In this document: piece by piece, positions 62,244 through 64,000 of the stretch
Layout of the letters: every line of letters starts with the position of its first letter
Numbering within the stretch: the stretch's first letter is position 1
From: Phycisphaerae bacterium
Lineage (GTDB): Bacteria > Planctomycetota > Phycisphaerae > Phycisphaerales > UBA1924
Length of the DNA stretch: 64,000 nucleotides
Direction: 5' to 3'
Assembly (NCBI GenBank): GCA_046316615.1
Contig: JBKDAN010000049.1
Location: 38,927 to 102,926, forward strand
The notes under the pieces: model-generated
What the model saw: only the letters and a program-made list of their open reading frames with translations
Databases searched by the model: none
What the model was told of the DNA's origin: nothing
Position numbers and translations under genes: made by a program

Positions 62244-63596
62244 CTACTTCTCACCGTCCATCACGCGGCGGATGCCCATGGCGCCGATCGCGAAGCCGGC
62301 GACGGCAAAGGCGAGAAGCACCGCGAAGGGCAGCATGAGCTCCCGCGTGGTCATGCCGCGCCAGATAGTTCCTTCGCACGCCAGCACGCCCCATTTGAAC
62401 GGACTGATGTTGCTGAGCGTCTGCATCCAGCCGGGCATGAAGAACAGCGGAATCGTGCCGCCACCGATCATGGCCAGAACCAGCGCCACGCCTCGGGCGA
62501 TGCCCGATGCTCCCTCGCGGCTGGCAAGCAGGCCGGCCAGCGCCATCATGACGCCTGCGAAACCAGCGGCGTTGAGAAAGATCGCCAGCACGAACATGGG
62601 CCAGTTGCCCACGCGCACGCCCATCACGAGCATGACCGCTGTCAGCATCGCTTGCACCAGTACGCACGCCATGGCACAGCCGAGGCCCTTGCCAAGAAGA
62701 ACCTGCACGCGTGTCATGGGGCTCAGGCGCAGGCGTCGCAACGTGCCGGCGCTGCGCTCCTCGGCAATGGACACGGTGAAGGCGAGCACGCAGCCCATAA
62801 GCCCCCATACCACGCCTTGCGGCATCGACACCTGCCAGCTTGACGTGGGGCGTTCCTTGTCGTCCTGTGCGGCGAGTTCGCTGGTCTTGACGCGGACCGG
62901 CGTCCAATCGGCAAGTGCGTTGGCGCTGCCTTCGCTCGGGCCGTCTGCATTACCCAGTGTGACGCCGCTTTGCTGCATCGTTTCAACACTGCTCAGAAGC
63001 GTGTTGATGGCGAGCTTTTGCACCGTGTTGAGGTCGTTGGCCTGCGCCACGCGTGTACGGGCTTCGCCCACGAGCTTCTTGGTGCGTGTGGTGTCGGTCA
63101 AGGCACTGCCCAGCACGCGAAAGCCGTATTGATTCAGTTTGCCTTCAAGCATGCCCGCTTCGGCCTTGCGGGAGGGATCAACCACTGTTTCGAGTTCGAG
63201 AGCACCGCCCGAGAAGAAGGAATCAGCAGCTTGCTCAAAGCCCTTGGGAATGACCACAATGGCGCTCGCGCCACCTGTCCGGAGCAGTTGCTCGGCTTGT
63301 TCTCGCGACAGCGTCGGTTCTGGAGAGATGAGCTTGCCCGTGTCGTCTTTGGTCGCGGGCAGCGCTCGCAGCACGCTGTCGCTGCGCAGGTCGTTCACAA
63401 AGGCGCGACTGATCGCGCCGCCATCCTCGTTGACAATCGCGACGCGCATGCCGCCGCTGCTGCCGCTCGAGCCGCTGTAGATCAGGCCGAAAAAGATCGC
63501 GAAGAGAATCGGAAAGACAAAGACCGCGAAAAAACCGCCCTTATCTCGCAAGAGCAGACGGAAGTCCTTCAACGCGATGGTGATGACGCTGGACAT
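62244..63596 (-). CDS. ABC-2 type transporter permease
   Basis: 'VITIALKDFRLLLRDKGGFFAVFVFPILFAIFFG', a long extracytoplasmic loop and a C-terminal ABC-2 membrane bundle. The start is either 63596 (Met) or 63644. Confidence 0.8.
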   Translation of the reverse strand: MSSVITIALKDFRLLLRDKGGFFAVFVFPILFAIFFGLIYSGSSGSSGGMRVAIVNEDGGAISRAFVNDLRSDSVLRALPATKDDTGKLISPEPTLSREQAEQLLRTGGASAIVVIPKGFEQAADSFFSGGALELETVVDPSRKAEAGMLEGKLNQYGFRVLGSALTDTTRTKKLVGEARTRVAQANDLNTVQKLAINTLLSSVETMQQSGVTLGNADGPSEGSANALADWTPVRVKTSELAAQDDKERPTSSWQVSMPQGVVWGLMGCVLAFTVSIAEERSAGTLRRLRLSPMTRVQVLLGKGLGCAMACVLVQAMLTAVMLVMGVRVGNWPMFVLAIFLNAAGFAGVMMALAGLLASREGASGIARGVALVLAMIGGGTIPLFFMPGWMQTLSNISPFKWGVLACEGTIWRGMTTRELMLPFAVLLAFAVAGFAIGAMGIRRVMDGEK

Positions 63597-63646
63597 GTAT
63601 CGCACGAGCAGCCGTGCTCCGCTAGCGTACGGCTCGCGCCACATGT

Positions 63647-64000
63647 TTACTTGCGCGCCGGCACTTTCGCCAGAAACACCTCGACATCGGCAAGCGGCAC
63701 CGCAAAGCTGACGTTCTCAATGCCTTGGCCCACCAGCTTCGAGCGGATGATGCCCAGCAGATGGCCGTCTTCGGCGAGGAGTGCGCCGCCAGAGTTGCCG
63801 GGCGACACGGCGGCGTCGGTCTGAATCAACGCGGTTGGCGCGATTTCACTCGCTCGGCGCTGGGCCGAGATGATGCCCTGCGAAACCGTCCATCCAAGGC
63901 CCACCGGATGCCCGATGACGAAGACCTTGCTGCCCACAGGTGTTTCACCGCCGTGTTCAAGTTCGATCGGTTGCCAGGTGGCGGCCTGGGTGACACGAAC
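63647..64000 (-). CDS. Trypsin-like (S1C/HtrA-family) serine protease, 3' part only (gene continues beyond the window)
   Basis: 'GHPVGLGWTVSQGIISA' and 'IQTDAAVSPGNSGGALL' (catalytic Ser context). The reading frame is open to the window edge. Confidence 0.8.
   Translation of the reverse strand, partial: VRVTQAATWQPIELEHGGETPVGSKVFVIGHPVGLGWTVSQGIISAQRRASEIAPTALIQTDAAVSPGNSGGALLAEDGHLLGIIRSKLVGQGIENVSFAVPLADVEVFLAKVPARK

Noticed and set aside
61246-63132. 628-aa plus-strand ORF opposite the exonuclease and ABC-2 permease genes
   Set aside because: It spans two well-supported minus-strand genes and the gap between them, and has no motifs.

Overview
This is a high-G+C bacterial chromosomal segment. 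The gene content suggests Planctomycetota, possibly Phycisphaerae: a fused ccoNO, a GspG-like pseudopilin, dockerin/EF-hand-like secreted proteins and many membrane-anchored zinc-ribbon proteins. That assignment is an inference and was not verified. Coding density is high, and most long ORFs in the track are antisense shadows of the real genes, as expected at this G+C.

Supported content, in order:
- OYE flavin reductase, then cdaA-cdaR (c-di-AMP), an Nfu-like protein and an SPFH/flotillin protein.
- asnS, a standalone fdx-iscX pair, a GT2 glycosyltransferase, ruvX, a Bacillus-type ThiF and a DUF1801 protein with a Lys/Ala tail.
- A tight minus-strand string: nuoG-like, S8 peptidase, mutY, DevC/FtsX-type permease.
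- A visibly lower-G+C islet of about 2.7 kb (23.6-26.3 kb) carrying a translationally coupled FRG-domain gene plus a repeat/winged-helix gene, and a membrane-anchored SprT-like protease.
- A 768-aa protein with 13 tandem repeats.
- ruvA, DUF4241, and nusG-secE-tRNA-Trp-rpmG without rplKAJL.
- A dockerin-like protein (secreted), an EEP nuclease/phosphatase lipoprotein and an LCAT-like hydrolase with no obvious signal peptide.
- An Rrf2 regulator divergent from a complete cbb3 oxidase cluster (ccoNO-Q-P-G-H-DsbD_2-I-S).
- rplI with a Lys/Ala tail, an orphan Memo-like protein and ssb.
- A pseudopilin-comEC-lipid kinase-ABC ATPase string.
- A YrdC/Sua5-LMW phosphatase fusion.
- A ligase-associated DNA damage response pair (exonuclease plus ATP-dependent ligase), an ABC-2 permease and a partial S1C protease.

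No CRISPR array, rRNA, transposase or integrase was seen.

The best candidate for something undescribed is the FRG plus repeat/wHTH two-gene cassette in the low-G+C islet. Secondary curiosities:
- a dispersed GGAGARC heptamer repeat family;
- a 26-nt-arm inverted repeat next to tRNA-Trp;
- an in-frame, RBS-equipped extension upstream of nuoG;
- the zinc-ribbon membrane protein family;
- the YrdC-phosphatase fusion.
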